Shown here: in pieces, positions 22,311 to 33,920 of the stretch
Position numbering within the stretch: position 1 is the first letter of the stretch
Layout of the letters: each line of letters begins with the position of its first letter
Assembly: GCF_001194135.2 (NCBI RefSeq)
Contig: NC_068982.1
Span: forward strand, 171,247,743 to 171,285,682
Length of the DNA stretch: 37,940 nt
Direction of reading: 5' to 3'
From: Octopus bimaculoides
Lineage: Eukaryota
The notes under the pieces: generated by a model
Seen by the model: only the letters and a program-made list of their open reading frames with translations
Database searches by the model: none
What the model was told of the DNA's origin: nothing
Program-made: the position numbers and the translations under genes

Positions 22311-23594
22311 ATCTTGTATTCATATTATACATATAGATTACTTAGATAAACGGTCACTATTAAAATATGTGACGTAGTTATAGAAAAGTTAACCATCAAT
22401 ATTTGCACGGAGTTCTGACTGCGCCAATATACTCGCTTAACAAGCATGTGAATTAAGGTCCGACAATATTGTTCAAGTGTATCTTCTGAAGATGTCTAGG
22501 CTTGACTCATACTTTGTAGGTGGAATTTACTATTCGAAAATTATGAAACCCGCCATCGCCACGCACCTTACACGTATGTGGGTTTTCTGTTGGCCCTATT
22601 CGGACTTATCTTAGTTTCATGTTTATAAAATGTTTAATTTAATTCTCTACACACATACATATGCGTGTGTCTAAAATATTTATTCTCTGTCTCTCTGTCT
22701 CCCATCACACGCGCGCGCGCACACATATCACCCACTTAAAAATGGACACATGCATACATACGCACAAACCTACTTTTTCATTCCGCTTGCATTCTCTTTC
22801 TTCAAAATGTTTCATTTACTGTCTGTCTATCGCTCAAATTTTCTTTCTTTCTTTCTTTCTTTCTCATTTGTCTCTGCTCTCTGTACTTTTCACTTATTCC
22901 CTTTTTTCTCCTTTTCTCATTAGCGGATGCTTCTTACCCCTTACCTCCTTAAATCACTTAACATTTTATCATAAAAACCACTCCCACAACAACCACCAAC
23001 ATTACCGTTGCATCTTCATAACACAAGTCAACCGACAGAGCATTTTGTTACGTTGATGAATCCGTACAGATATATTGTGCAGCTAGATGTGTAAGTTACA
23101 TCTACTTAGCTTACACAGCAAAATTTATTCCAATTAGTGCAGCTATGTAATTATGTAACGTTACAAATTAATACCAAGTAATTAGAGCATCGGCTTCTCT
23201 ATAAACGATGGAAATAAAGAGGTAGAAATGCTGGAGATGATTTTTGTAGTTAATGTAATGTTAGGAGCGTAGAAGCTGTGTTGATAATGTTGACAGATAG
23301 TAGTTGTATTTGTAGTCATGATAATATCTGTGGTCAAGATTAGTGGTGGTGGTGGTGGTGGTGGTGGTTGTGGTGGTGGCGGCGACGGTGGTGGGTTTTG
23401 GTGTTGTTGTTGGTGGTGGTGGTGATGTTGGTGTTGGTGGTGGTGATTTTGAGAAGGATTGTAATACTTTTTTGTGATAGTGTTGGTTGCAGTGATTCTA
23501 ACTACGGTGAAGGTCACGAGAGAAGGATTGATTGTAGATATAGTGATGGTAAAAGCGGTGATAGTGGCGTTAAAGCAAATAGTGCTTGCTGGTA

Positions 23595-23730
23595 CATGGA
23601 GTTCTGAGTTCAGATACAGCCGAGGTTGACTTTTAATTAATCCTTTCGCGGTCGATGAAATAACTACCAGTTGTGCACTGGAGTCGATGACAAGCCCCTT
23701 CCGACAATTTTTCAGGCCGTGTACCTATTA
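23595..23730 (+). mobile_element. SINE family 2, partial
   Basis: GTTCTGAGTTCAGATACAGCCGAGGTTGACTTTTAATTAATCCTTTCGCGGTCGATGAAATAACTACCAGTTGTGCACTGGAGTCGATG. Confidence 0.75.
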
Positions 23731-24770
23731 CTGATACTTGTTATATTTGTTGTTTTATCACGTACAAACCCTGATCAAGCGCGTTCCGACTGTGACAACA
23801 CAATATTTTCGTATATTCACGACTACATCGCCCTATTTTTTAGAACGGCTGGAGGATTTCATTGTAAGTTAATTGTTACTTATTTCAGCTGGAGTGTTCG
23901 TACGGCCTGACTTGTAATGATAAATAACCTTGCCTGTCATATGGGAGGACGCGGTTAGATCCTCCGCCAAGGAGACTACTAAACAATAACGACGGAATGA
24001 GAGAACAGTAGCATTGTTCTTATAGTGATCTGATAATGTACTCATAATTACATTGTGATCGTAATAGGAATAGTTATATTGCGCTTAATGTGCTAAAGTA
24101 GTGACACAGCATGTTGAAATGGTGATCGTTGTCCAAGACAATGATAATAATGGGTGTGGAAAAAGCTTTAATCAAGTCATTTATGTGATGCAATTTAAGA
24201 AGACATAAATCCATTTAAGAACATAAAAACCATTTCCTTTTCGTTCATTTTTTGAAGTGCTAAAACATTCACCTCTCTGATACAATTCTTCTAAGTTGCT
24301 AGTAAGCACTTATTAGCGAGAATTTATAAATATCAGGATGTTTCCTATTTCATTTTCCCTTCCTTTTTCTTTTTAACTTACGAATCTATGGATTTACTAC
24401 GTAACTGCAATCTAATCTTTTGACAGGGGCTAATACCTCCATTTTTCTCTTTTTATCTGTTATAAATTTATATATTTAAATATTTCGTTTTTGTACTTGA
24501 TTTGCGAGAGTTTTGATGTGAACTCGTATGCAGAAAATTATTTTATGTATCTCGGGAGGGTCATTTTACCAACGATAAACACACGCACGGGCTCTATTCA
24601 ACTTTATTATTCGTTAATTGCTTACAAGAAAATATTTCAATATTGCTATTCATCCTGTATCATGCTTCCAACAAAATAGACGTCCTATAGCACTATTTAG
24701 TAACTGTATTTTAAAACATACACTGATGGCGAAATTTGCATTGCTATGCCATATGTTTACTTTTTATATA

Positions 24771-26157
24771 TCAGGTCATCACATAAGTTCTGTCCGATTT
24801 TACCTTTTTTAAAATTGAATGAAATTTAATAGTATTGTCTAATGGAATTAAAAATTATTTTCATGCATTTCTGTACATTTAAAGGAATTGAATATTCTTT
24901 TATAGAATAATAGAATTAAAATTTCTTTGATTATAGCCCTTTCTAACATGGAAGTATCCAAAGAAAATTTGAGGCACATGATGCTTTATGAGTACAAGAA
25001 AGGAAACTCTGCAGCTGAAGTGACTCGAAACATATACTCAGTTTATGGGAAAGAATGCAGAAGATGGCTTGCAAAATTCAGAGTTGGAGATTTCAGCCTT
25101 GAATTGTTCTTAATTGCGATAGTGGCGGCGATGTTGAAGAAGATTACTCTCACCATCGGTTTCATAGTAATGATAACTCTAATAGAGGTGGTGGTGGTGG
25201 TGGATGAAGAGGAAGTAGTGGTGCTGGTGGTGATGGTAAAAGAGGACGTCCAGTTGAGTTTGATGATAAGCTCCTTGAGGCATTACTTGAAGAAAATCCT
25301 GCATTATCAGTTGAAGAATTGGCAATAAAGCTTAGTTCAAACCATACAACTGTTCATCGTCATCTTCAACAACTTGGGAAGGTTCCTAAACTTGAAAAAT
25401 GGGTGCCTCATGAATTGTCCGAAAGTAACCGCAAATCCCGAGTTGATGTCTGCTCTTCTCTCCATTCTCGCAAACTCATTTCACCCTTTTTGGATAGACT
25501 TGTGACTGATGACGAAAAGTGGATTTCTATCGAAATGTTAAACGTCGTAAACAGTGGCTTGGTAATAGGGAAAAAAACTCAAACACAAACGAGAAGGGAA
25601 CTTCATGGAGAAAAGGTCCTTCTCTTTATCTCGTGGGATTACAAAGGAGCAATTCACTCTGAATTGTTACCACCTAATGCAATAATCAATGCTCAAGTCT
25701 ACTGTAAGCAATTAGAGCGTTTGAACCAAGCTTTGAAGAAAAAAAGACCTGTTTTATTGAATCGAAAAGGAGTGATGTTTCATCGGTTCAATGTGTGACC
25801 CCCACACTGCAAAGATCACATTACAGAAGATCGAAGAGCTTGATTGGGAAAAAAATCCTCATCCACCTTATTCTCCCGACCTTGCTCTTTCAGACTACCA
25901 TTTGTTTGGTAGTTCACAGAATCATTTGGAAGACATAACTTTCGCAAGCCAGGAGGAGGTCGAAACTGACATTTCAGAGTCCTTCGCTTTGAAACCAAAA
26001 GAGTTTTCCATTGATGAGATTAAAAAGCTTGAAAATAGATGGCAGGAAGTCCGATAATCAGGGAAAGTACATTGATGATTAAATTTCAACTAAATATAAC
26101 ATTTGATCACTTGTTTTCTTTATTCAAATTTCGGACAGAACTTATGGGATGACATCA
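24771..26157 (+). mobile_element. Full-length decayed mariner (DD34D) transposon, 1387 bp
   Basis: 27-bp TIRs TCAGGTCATCACATAAGTTCTGTCCGA (24771-24797) and the reverse complement of 26131-26157, 24/27 identical. TA flanks at 24769-24770 and 26158-26159. Contains a transposase pseudogene. Confidence 0.96.
24948..26082 (+). pseudogene. Mariner transposase pseudogene (frameshifts, stop, insertion)
   Basis: MEVSKENLRHMMLYEYKKGNSAAEVTRNI..RRWLAKFRVGDFSLE, RGRPVEFDD, KWVPHEL, LVTDDEKW (from GDEKW), decayed HDNARPH (FHRFNV*), PHPPYSPDLALSDYHLF. Spread over the supplied ORFs 24927-25328, 25319-25798 and 25791-26057. Confidence 0.95.
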
Positions 26158-27206
26158 TAGTTTATTGTCACTGCTAATCTTTCTTATTGTTATTGGTGTT
26201 GTTTAACACATTGTTAGCTTCTATCTTGTTAAACATATGACCAATACATAAGAAATATTCATCCACAAAATATAACCTCGACTTTATTTTTCGAATGTCC
26301 CCTACTTCATTTTTATTTATATATTTATATATTTATTTATTTATTTGTCTATTTATTCTGTTTANNNNNNNNNNNNNNNNNNNNNNNNNNNNNNNNNNNN
26401 NNNNNNNNNNNNNNNNNNNNNNNNNNNNNNNNNNNNNNNNNNNNNNNNNNNNNNNNNNNNNNNNNNNNNNNNNNNNNNNNNNNNNNNNNNNNNNNNNNNN
26501 NNNNNNNNNNNNNNNNNNNNNNNNNNNNNNNNNNNNNNNNNNNNNNNNNNNNNNNNNNNNNNNNNNNNNNNNNNNNNNNNNNNNNNNNNNNNNNNNNNNN
26601 NNNNNNNNNNNTGGTGGTGGTAGTGGTGGTGGTGGTGGTGGTAGTGGTGGTGGTTGTGGATGGTGGTGGTGGTGGTGGTGATGGAGAGTGAAGCTTGATA
26701 CGCTGAAAAATGGATTTCTGGTGCTTCTTGGCTCTGAAGAAAGAATTGCTATATGTGTGTACTTGTGTATGTGGTGGTGGTGGGGAAGTTGTATGGATGT
26801 TTGTAGATGCGTGCTTGCGTGTGCGCTCTGTCTGCGTGTATGCTTGTGTGCGTGTGAGTATATATCTGTGTTATGTATGTGTGTACATGTGTGTTCTTCT
26901 GTGCCCGTGTATGTATGCGTGCACGAGCACAGAGAACCAATTCTTAAGAATTCAGTGAGCATAATACATTCGTTTAATCCCGCGAGGCACAATCTGATAT
27001 CTCTATTATCAGAATTCCTTAATGAAAAATGTCAATTCATCTATTTCGAACACCTGTTGAGCAACTACTTTAAAGAAAAACAGATACACCGAGAAGTCAC
27101 TGACGTCAAGGCTAAACATGCAACTTTGCAGCTTTGGTGCACTACTATAAAGCATGTGCAGATGAGCATCAATCACCCATTTCCTTTCTCTTCTATCTCC
27201 CTCACT

Positions 27207-27590
<384 letters not shown>

Positions 27591-27599
27591 ATAATGGAC

Positions 27600-27840
27600 T
27601 CTCCTGTTGAAGATGATAAACGAGCGTTCAACTTTTGCTGAACGACCTTCACAAATGATTCGTCAGTATTAGTCAAATGTATGTGCTCTACATTAGCTCA
27701 GTCCCGCCATTAAATTGACATTGTCTGATCAGGTGTACGCTGTTCCACGCGTTAAGTGCCCAAGTTATCGCAGACCAACGTGAGATGAAGTGTTTTGCTC
27801 AAGAACACAATGCACATCACAGTCTAAGAATTGGAGCCAC
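27600..27840 (-). mobile_element. Putative CORE-like SINE (third family)
   Basis: Reverse complement contains TTGTGTTCTTGAGCAAAACACTTCATCTCAC, resembling the CORE-SINE motif TGTG.CCTTGGGCAAG..ACTT. Single copy in the window; boundaries approximate. Confidence 0.5.
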
Positions 27841-28040
27841 GTTCCTGGCTTTGGATAAAAGAAAATACAGGAGAATCAGTAAATTATGATTTTATTGAAC
27901 ATATCCCCCCCCCCTACTAAGATTCACACGCTGAAAAGTTCCTTCAGTTTTTCTAAGCCCTATAAAAGAACTAGGAAGGTTTGGCCTCCAGCCAGGCCTT
28001 TCGCAACATCTTTAAACCCAGGAACTTTGCAGCATTCCAT
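27841..28040 (-). mobile_element. Short mariner-derived MITE with truncated left TIR
   Basis: GTTCCTGGCTTT (27841) is an inverted match to AAACCCAGGAAC (28015-28026). The minus-strand interior resembles a mariner C-terminus (FFY.A.KN..CVNL.GG.YVQ*) with frameshifts. Confidence 0.65.
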
Positions 28041-28046
28041 TTTATT

Positions 28047-28629
28047 CGAGGGTGAGTCAAAAAGTAATGCCATTTTGTTTAGGACAGGTATAATTACCAA
28101 CACAGGAACATGTATCATTCATCAAAGTGAAGCTGGTCCTCTGTGGATCAAATCCCTACTTCTCAACATAGTCACCGTTTCTCTCAATAGCAATGTTCCA
28201 CCTTCGAATGAGAGCATGTATCCCTGCTCCGTAAAATTATGTTGACTGTTCTTTGAGCCACTTCTTCACTATAGTTTTCACTTCCTCGTCACAGGAATAA
28301 TGTTTGCCGCTCAAACCCTCTTTCATGAGGGCGAAGAGATGATAGTCCAGAGACGATGATAGTCTAGTGACGATGGTAGTCCAGTGACGAAGAAGTGAAA
28401 AGTGTAGTGGAGAAGTAGCTCAAAGAACAGTCAACAGAATTTTACGGAGCAGGGATACATGCTCTCATTCGAAAGTGGAACATTGCTATTGAGAGAAACA
28501 GTGACTCTGTTGAGAAGTAGGGATGTGATCCACAGAGGACCAGCTTCATTTTGATGTACGATACATGTTCCTGTGTGGGTAATTATATCTGTCCCAAAGA
28601 AAATAGCATTGCTTTTTGTCTCACCCTCA
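28047..28629. mobile_element. Foldback element: two inverted mariner 3' ends (246-bp arms, 91-bp spacer)
   Basis: Arms 28047-28292 and 28384-28629 are reverse complements with scattered mismatches. Both encode DEEVK..V.KWLKEQST.FYGAGIHALIR.WNIAIERN.D.VEK*, pointing outward. Termini are CGAGGGTGAGTCAAAAAGTAATGC and its inverse; TA at 28630-28631. Confidence 0.93.
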
Positions 28630-29000
28630 TATATTCAGAGAAAAAGAGAAAGGTGCAGAAAAGAGACAAATATACTGACAGGGAAAAATAAAAAAATGAG
28701 ATGTGCGTGTGTGCTTGTGTGATTATTAGTGCTTATCTGAAAGGGTTGTACAGTGAGTAAAAGCTTCTATCCAGTACTTGCAACCGGACCTCCATGTGTC
28801 TAGTCTATCTAAAAATTCTTCCAACGATTACGGCAGTGAGACACTGTCACTTCATTACGCCAAAGCAAAAATTCATTATACTAAAATAAATGCGTGAATC
28901 CACACACACGCATACACATATGCACACACAAACACAAAACACAAACACACACACACACGCTCACGTGTGCATGCATAGATAGATAGATAGGTAGGTAGAT

Positions 29001-29057
<57 letters not shown>

Positions 29058-29469
29058 TTAAGAGTACACTCGAACTTTCTTGGCAAAACAGATGAGCTTA
29101 CGGTCAAACCTGTGCCTGATCAGCAGATGCAAATTTGATTCTTCTGATCAACAAAAACAGAGATCTAACCCGAAGCACTTGTAATCAAATATGTGACAGC
29201 CGTGATCAATCCGTGCTCATTATCATTATTATTTGTTTTTTGCTTTGTATTCTTGTGTTTCTTTTGCATAATGTAAGTGGTGTTATATTGCTCATTAAGG
29301 CATCCCTATTTAAATCCAAGTATTAATTGTAAGTATCTTGATTTTTCAGAACTGCACTTTAATATTTCATTGTTTTCTATTAATTACCACTATTTGTAAA
29401 TTTATAATTATAGTTTATCAATGTGAAACTTTTATAGAACAATAGTAAAATATCACCTAAGTAAATCAG

Positions 29470-29800
29470 AACATACATATATATATACACACACATACAT
29501 TAATACACACATACATACACACATACATACATACATGCATACATACATACACACATGATACTTACGTACATACATATATGTATGCATATATGCACACATA
29601 CATACATATATATACACACATACATACACACATACATGCATACATACATGCATACATACATATATACATACATACAAACAAACATGATACGTACATACAT
29701 ATATGTATGCATATATGCACACATACATACATATATACACACATACATACATACATACATACATACATGCATGCATATATACATACATACATACATACAT
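29470..29800. repeat. Degenerate (CATA)n satellite with an internal higher-order duplication
   Basis: A block beginning CATGATAC occurs at 29554 and again at 29683. Confidence 0.88.
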
Positions 29801-29805
29801 CTTAT

Positions 29806-29975
29806 ACTTGCTTCAGTCATTAGACTGCGGCCAGTCTGGGGCACGGCTGTGCACTTTTGGTCGAATTAATCTTTTTATTTAATGTCTGGTAATATTCTAT
29901 CGGTTACTTTTGCTGAATCGCTAGTCACACGGACGCAAACACACGAACACCGATTGTCAAGCGACAACGTGTGCG
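29806..29975 (-). mobile_element. SINE-like repeat, second copy of the 31700-31925 sequence
   Basis: Colinear similarity to 31700-31925, flanked by CA/TG-type simple repeats. Confidence 0.65.
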
Positions 29976-30113
29976 CAATGATAGCGTTTTCATACGAATG
30001 TTCTATGTGTATATGTGTGTGTATGTGAGTGCATGTATGTATGCGTGTATATATGTATGCGTGTATTTGTGTGTATTTGTGTGCGTGCGCGTCTGTATAC
30101 ATGCATACATGCA

Positions 30114-30525
30114 TGCGCTGAGCTATTGAGAAATCAACTTTTACTCTATCCAGATTACAAGTTCGGGTTTATACCTGTAATTGGCGGGGCCCTTGGATAT
30201 GTAGCTCACTGCCTAAATACGAATCTTGAGAAAGTTGGCTTCTCAAAACTAGAAAGGAGAAACCTAATTCGATGACTACAGATCCAACCCATCACTGGAA
30301 CAGAAGTTTATCATTTAAATATGCATGAGCCTGTCCAGATACGCAACTATATGCATGAGAATACATTCATAAAGCAAAACATACAAGTCTGCACATATAC
30401 ATACAAACAAACAAAAAATACCCTGATGCTGATGTTGAAATTTCAGTGAAGGAACCTTGGATCTCGGTTAGAAACCAGCTCTTTCTCCATTGGAAAGACA
30501 TTTTGAAATAAAACTGAACAATGAC
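30114..30525 (+). mobile_element. 3' fragment of an RLE-type (CRE/NeSL/R4-like) non-LTR retrotransposon with 3' UTR
   Basis: AELLRNQLLLYPDYKFGFIPVIGGALGYVAHCLNTNLEKVGFSKLERRNLIR*LQIQPITGT contains the P(I/V)(I/V)xGALG motif of RLE C-termini, also seen in copies A and B at 6.1-6.9 kb. AATAAA at 30507-30512. Clade not resolved. Confidence 0.72.
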
Positions 30526-31023
30526 GTACATATATACATACGTACTTATTACTTTCCGAAGAGTTTTTAATGTAATCAGCTCATAAGATTTGCGCTAAAT
30601 AATTGATTATTTTCCATTGTAAATGAAACGCACACCAGCTAATGTAACTAAATATCTAATGAACAAACTCACCTGTTTTCTCTGCTTTTCTGTATATGCA
30701 TATATATACACACATTTACAAGTACTCACACTCATGTGTAGACATTTGGCTACGTATTCTCTTTTATCTTTTAGTTGTTGCAATTATTTGACTGCGGTCA
30801 TGCGGGAGCACCTGTATTACCAAAATCTTCATTTTGGACTACATTCTCGCTTATTGGTCGTCATTTTGAGATTTTTGTACAACGTCTTATACAATTAATC
30901 TAGTAACCTCGCAAGTTACTACACGAAATTTCCTTCGTTGGCACACTCATGCCCATCTCGTATTTTTGAAACAAGATGTGCAATATTCATTTAATGTGTT
31001 CTTCATTTTAACTGTAGAAAGTA

Positions 31024-31564
31024 TAGGGTGGAACAGAGAGGACGGACGTTTTTGAAAAATTCCCCAAATCATTAATGTTTGATGCAGATAAATTTTATTG
31101 ACATCAGGGTATTCGTATTGAATTAGCATTTGTCAAAATCAAATGTGGAAAACGACATCTGTCATGTGATGTCCGTTTTCATTGGTGCATTTGTGAAGGC
31201 ATTCTTGGAAGATGGCCTCCACCCTCTCCAGCATTGCTCTGTGCATAATCTCATGGTTTCAACTGTTGCCCAATTACCAATTTGTACGGGTGGAAATGCA
31301 GGTTTTCATGCAAAATACGCCTTTATGATCGATTACCAATGCCAAGTTCAATGGAGTGCTTCAGAGCATAGCGATTCGAACTCCGTATCACAGCTTGTCT
31401 GATGCGTAACTGTCGTAGGCAAACACGTGATGCTCTATCATCCACAGCACCATGGTTTCACTTGAAAAGAAGAAAAAATGTTAAGACACCACAGACCGAA
31501 TGCTACCCGTCGGGGCTGAGTCATAGCCATTTCAAAAAACGTCCGCTCTCTCTACTCCGCCCTG
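31024..31564 (-). mobile_element. Internally deleted Tc1/mariner-superfamily element, 541 bp
   Basis: Imperfect TIRs TAGGGTGGAACAGAGAGGACGGACGTTTTTGAAA and (reverse complement) CAGGGCGGAGTAGAGAGAGCGGACGTTTTTTGAAA. TA at 31022-31023 and 31565-31566. Minus strand reads MVLWMIEHHVFAYDSY.., RRILHENLHFHPYKLVIGQQLKP*DYAQ, then AMLERVEAIFQECLHKCTNENGHHMTDVVFHI*. The catalytic core is deleted. Confidence 0.85.
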
Positions 31565-31654
31565 TAGTTTGCTGCAGAAGTGTGTTATTATGTGCAGCAG
31601 ACTGAGCAATCGCATACTAAAAGGCTCATTAACTGTTTTATCAAACAAAAATGC

Positions 31655-31696
<42 letters not shown>

Positions 31697-31699
31697 CAT

Positions 31700-31925
31700 T
31701 TATTCTTTTACTTGTTTCATTCATCTCCATTCGGCCCTGCTGGAGCACCACTGGAAAGGTTCTTTTAGTCGAAAGAACCTACCCCAGGAATTATTCTTTG
31801 CAATCCTGGCAGTTATTCTATCAGTCTCTATTGCCGAATAGCTAGGTTACGGGGACGCTGACACATCAATATCGGTTTCAAGCGATGGTGGGGAGACAAA
31901 GACACAAAGACAGACAGACAGAACA
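31700..31925 (-). mobile_element. SINE-like repeat, probable 3' half of family 1
   Basis: Homologous to 29806-29975 (TACTTG.TTCA.TCAT..GCGGCC..CTGG.GCAC..TTCTATC.GT..CT.TTGC.GAA..GCTAG..AC..GGACG). The minus strand contains GATAGAATAACTGCCAGG..CTGGGGTAGG..TCGACT, similar to the family 2 central motif. Confidence 0.7.
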
Positions 31926-31960
31926 CACACAAACATACACACACACGCACGCACACGCAC

Positions 31961-32005
<45 letters not shown>

Positions 32006-32007
<2 letters not shown>

Positions 32008-32664
32008 AGGTGAAGTCAAAAATTATCCGTACTGTCGCCATAATATATATTTATTATTGTCACACTGCCTTCTGCGCATGCGTGCTTATAGTTGGTACCA
32101 TTGCAGTCACGTGATTGCTGGTTGAGCCTGATCACGTCATTTTCTGGCTTTACAATGTAAGCATGGCCGCTCCACTAGCGATGCGCACCAAATGAGAACA
32201 AAGAGCAGTGATTCGATTTCTTTGGAAGAGGAGTGTACGATCAACAGTGAAAGGTACAGTGCTTTGGTGGCCAACAAACTGAAGCCTGCAATTCGCACCG
32301 AACGCGAGGTTATTATCAAAAAAAGTTTTGTTGCTGCACGCCCACACACGGGCACCCAGACTGTTGAAACCATTGACCAATTGGGTTTTGAGGTGCTGGA
32401 ACACCTTGCTTAGAGTCCAGATTTCGCCCCCTATGATTATTATATCTTTGGACCGCTCAAAATGGTTTACGATGTTGTCGATTTACTGCAGATGAAGATG
32501 TGAAGGTAGCGGTGCATAAATATTTGCGCCACCAACCGAAAACTTTCTTCTTGGAGGAAGTACCAAGTGCATCGAAAAGGAAGGAGACTATATAGAACAA
32601 TACCGCACTTGTTTATCTCTTGACTTTTGTGTAAATACATTGAAAAAACAAGAGTTCGTATAAT
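32006..32664 (+). mobile_element. Internally deleted mariner element with eroded 3' TIR
   Basis: The 5' end TGAGGTGAAGTCAAAAATTATCCGTAC is TIR-like. Coding remnants: MAAPLAMRTK*EQRAVIRFLW, TINSERYSALVANKLKPAIR, ARPHT, LGFEVLEHLA*SPDFAPYDYYIFGPLK, RFTADEDVKVAVHKYLRHQPKTFF, TKCIEKEGDYIEQ. Only a partial inverse (GTTCGTATAAT) remains at the 3' end. Confidence 0.88.
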
Positions 32665-32749
32665 ATATGTATGTGTGCATATGTATGTGTATATGTATGC
32701 ATACACATCTATATATATATATCTATATATATATATATATATATATCTA

Positions 32750-32780
<31 letters not shown>

Positions 32781-32784
<4 letters not shown>

Positions 32785-32940
32785 CAGGCTTCTTTCCATT
32801 TCTGTCTACCAAATCCATTCACAAGGCTTTGGTCGACCCGAGGCTATAACAGAAGACACTTGCCCAAGGTGCCATGCAATGGGACTGAACCCCTAACCAT
32901 GTGGTTGGGAAGCAAGATTCCTACTATACAGCCACGGCTA
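32781..32940 (-). mobile_element. tRNA-derived SINE, family 1, 5' half
   Basis: Reverse complement GTGGCTGTATAGTAGGAATCTTGCTTCCCAACCACATGGTTAGGGGTTCAGTCCCATTGCATGGCACCTTGGGCAAGTGTCTTC.. aligns with 34782-34946. Confidence 0.85.
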
Positions 32941-33589
32941 TATATATATAGATAAATCACTTATATTTTGGTGTAAATATAACAACTGCTCAACATTTGG
33001 ATTTGACTTGCTTAGTGCAGTGAATACGATAACGTGAAGATAGCCGCGCACGGCCATCTTCAAATAAAACATACCAGCGTTTCGTCACTAAATCAATGAG
33101 CGATGAGTAAGATAATGTAGAGGCATAGAAATGATGACTGAATCCATAATGCTTACAGGAATTGTTTTGGCATCAAATTGTCAATGGAAGAAGTATAAAT
33201 GTAATATGTTCTTAAAAGTTACTGGAAATCAGTTATACAAAATTATTAGTAACAGAAAGAATTATAAATATTATTCTTTCTTTGTTCATGAATATTTTTT
33301 GTTAACTAAATACTTGTTGACATATATGATCTTGATCTTATCGCTTTCAGATAGTCATTTTCAACTATGGCCGAATGTCACACCATAGAAATAATTGGAT
33401 TGCAGTGATTTTTTTCCCTTCTCACATCCACTTATAATTTATGGTGTCGTGTTGCGTGGCTGTGTAAACAAGAAGGTCAACGTAACAAACAGTGAATCAG
33501 AAAATATATTTGCCATAATTGTCGTGATTTCACGTCATCTTTGATATTAAGAGGAAGAAGTGTAATATTATGTTGAAAGCTATTTCTGT

Positions 33590-33920
33590 TGTTGCTGTTT
33601 TTGTTGTTTAACCCCAGGTCAACCATGATCAAATTGGCGTAGGATCGAGAACATTCTAGCAATGAATATCCCACCAGTTATTCAAATATAGCGTGCTTTA
33701 AACAGCATAATCTAACGTGTCATCTTTTGTTGGACAAGAGGTTGTAGCTTGAAGGAGATTTCTAGTAGGTTGAGCTATCTATTACCAAAAGTATTTTATG
33801 CATGGGCATCCCTTATTTCTTTATCACAAAGGCTACACTATCCAATATGCCTTTCATATTTTCTAAGGCGGTCTGTTGAGATTTGAGGAAATTTTTGCTG
33901 TTAATTCCAATAGTTTGGGG
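33590..33920. repeat. Unclassified interspersed repeat family
   Basis: GTTTAACCCCAGGTCAACCATGATCAA at about 33606 resembles GTTTCAACCCAGGTTACCTCAGACCAAGCAG (about 14661). Class not determined. Confidence 0.35.

Noticed and set aside
27101-27108. Perfect CRE palindrome TGACGTCA
   Set aside because: A single 8-mer in 38 kb is near chance expectation and there is no promoter context.
26930-27200. About 80 non-repetitive open codons within ORF 26688-27290
   Set aside because: No recognisable domain or convincing splice sites; the ORF is extended by flanking TG/AT repeats.
28338-28388. Three 17-bp direct repeats as a possible CRISPR-like array
   Set aside because: There are no spacers, the context is eukaryotic, and the units are explained by the foldback junction.
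30420-30490. CAGTGAAGG-AACC..GGTT-AGAAACCAGCTC motif in the RLE 3' UTR, loosely hammerhead-like
   Set aside because: The core is not CUGANGA and stems I and III are not convincing.
33035-33105. 11-bp hairpin TGAAGATAGCC/GGCCATCTTCA plus GACGAAACG on the minus strand
   Set aside because: A hammerhead core cannot be completed without three or more changes; an isolated hairpin of this size can arise by chance.
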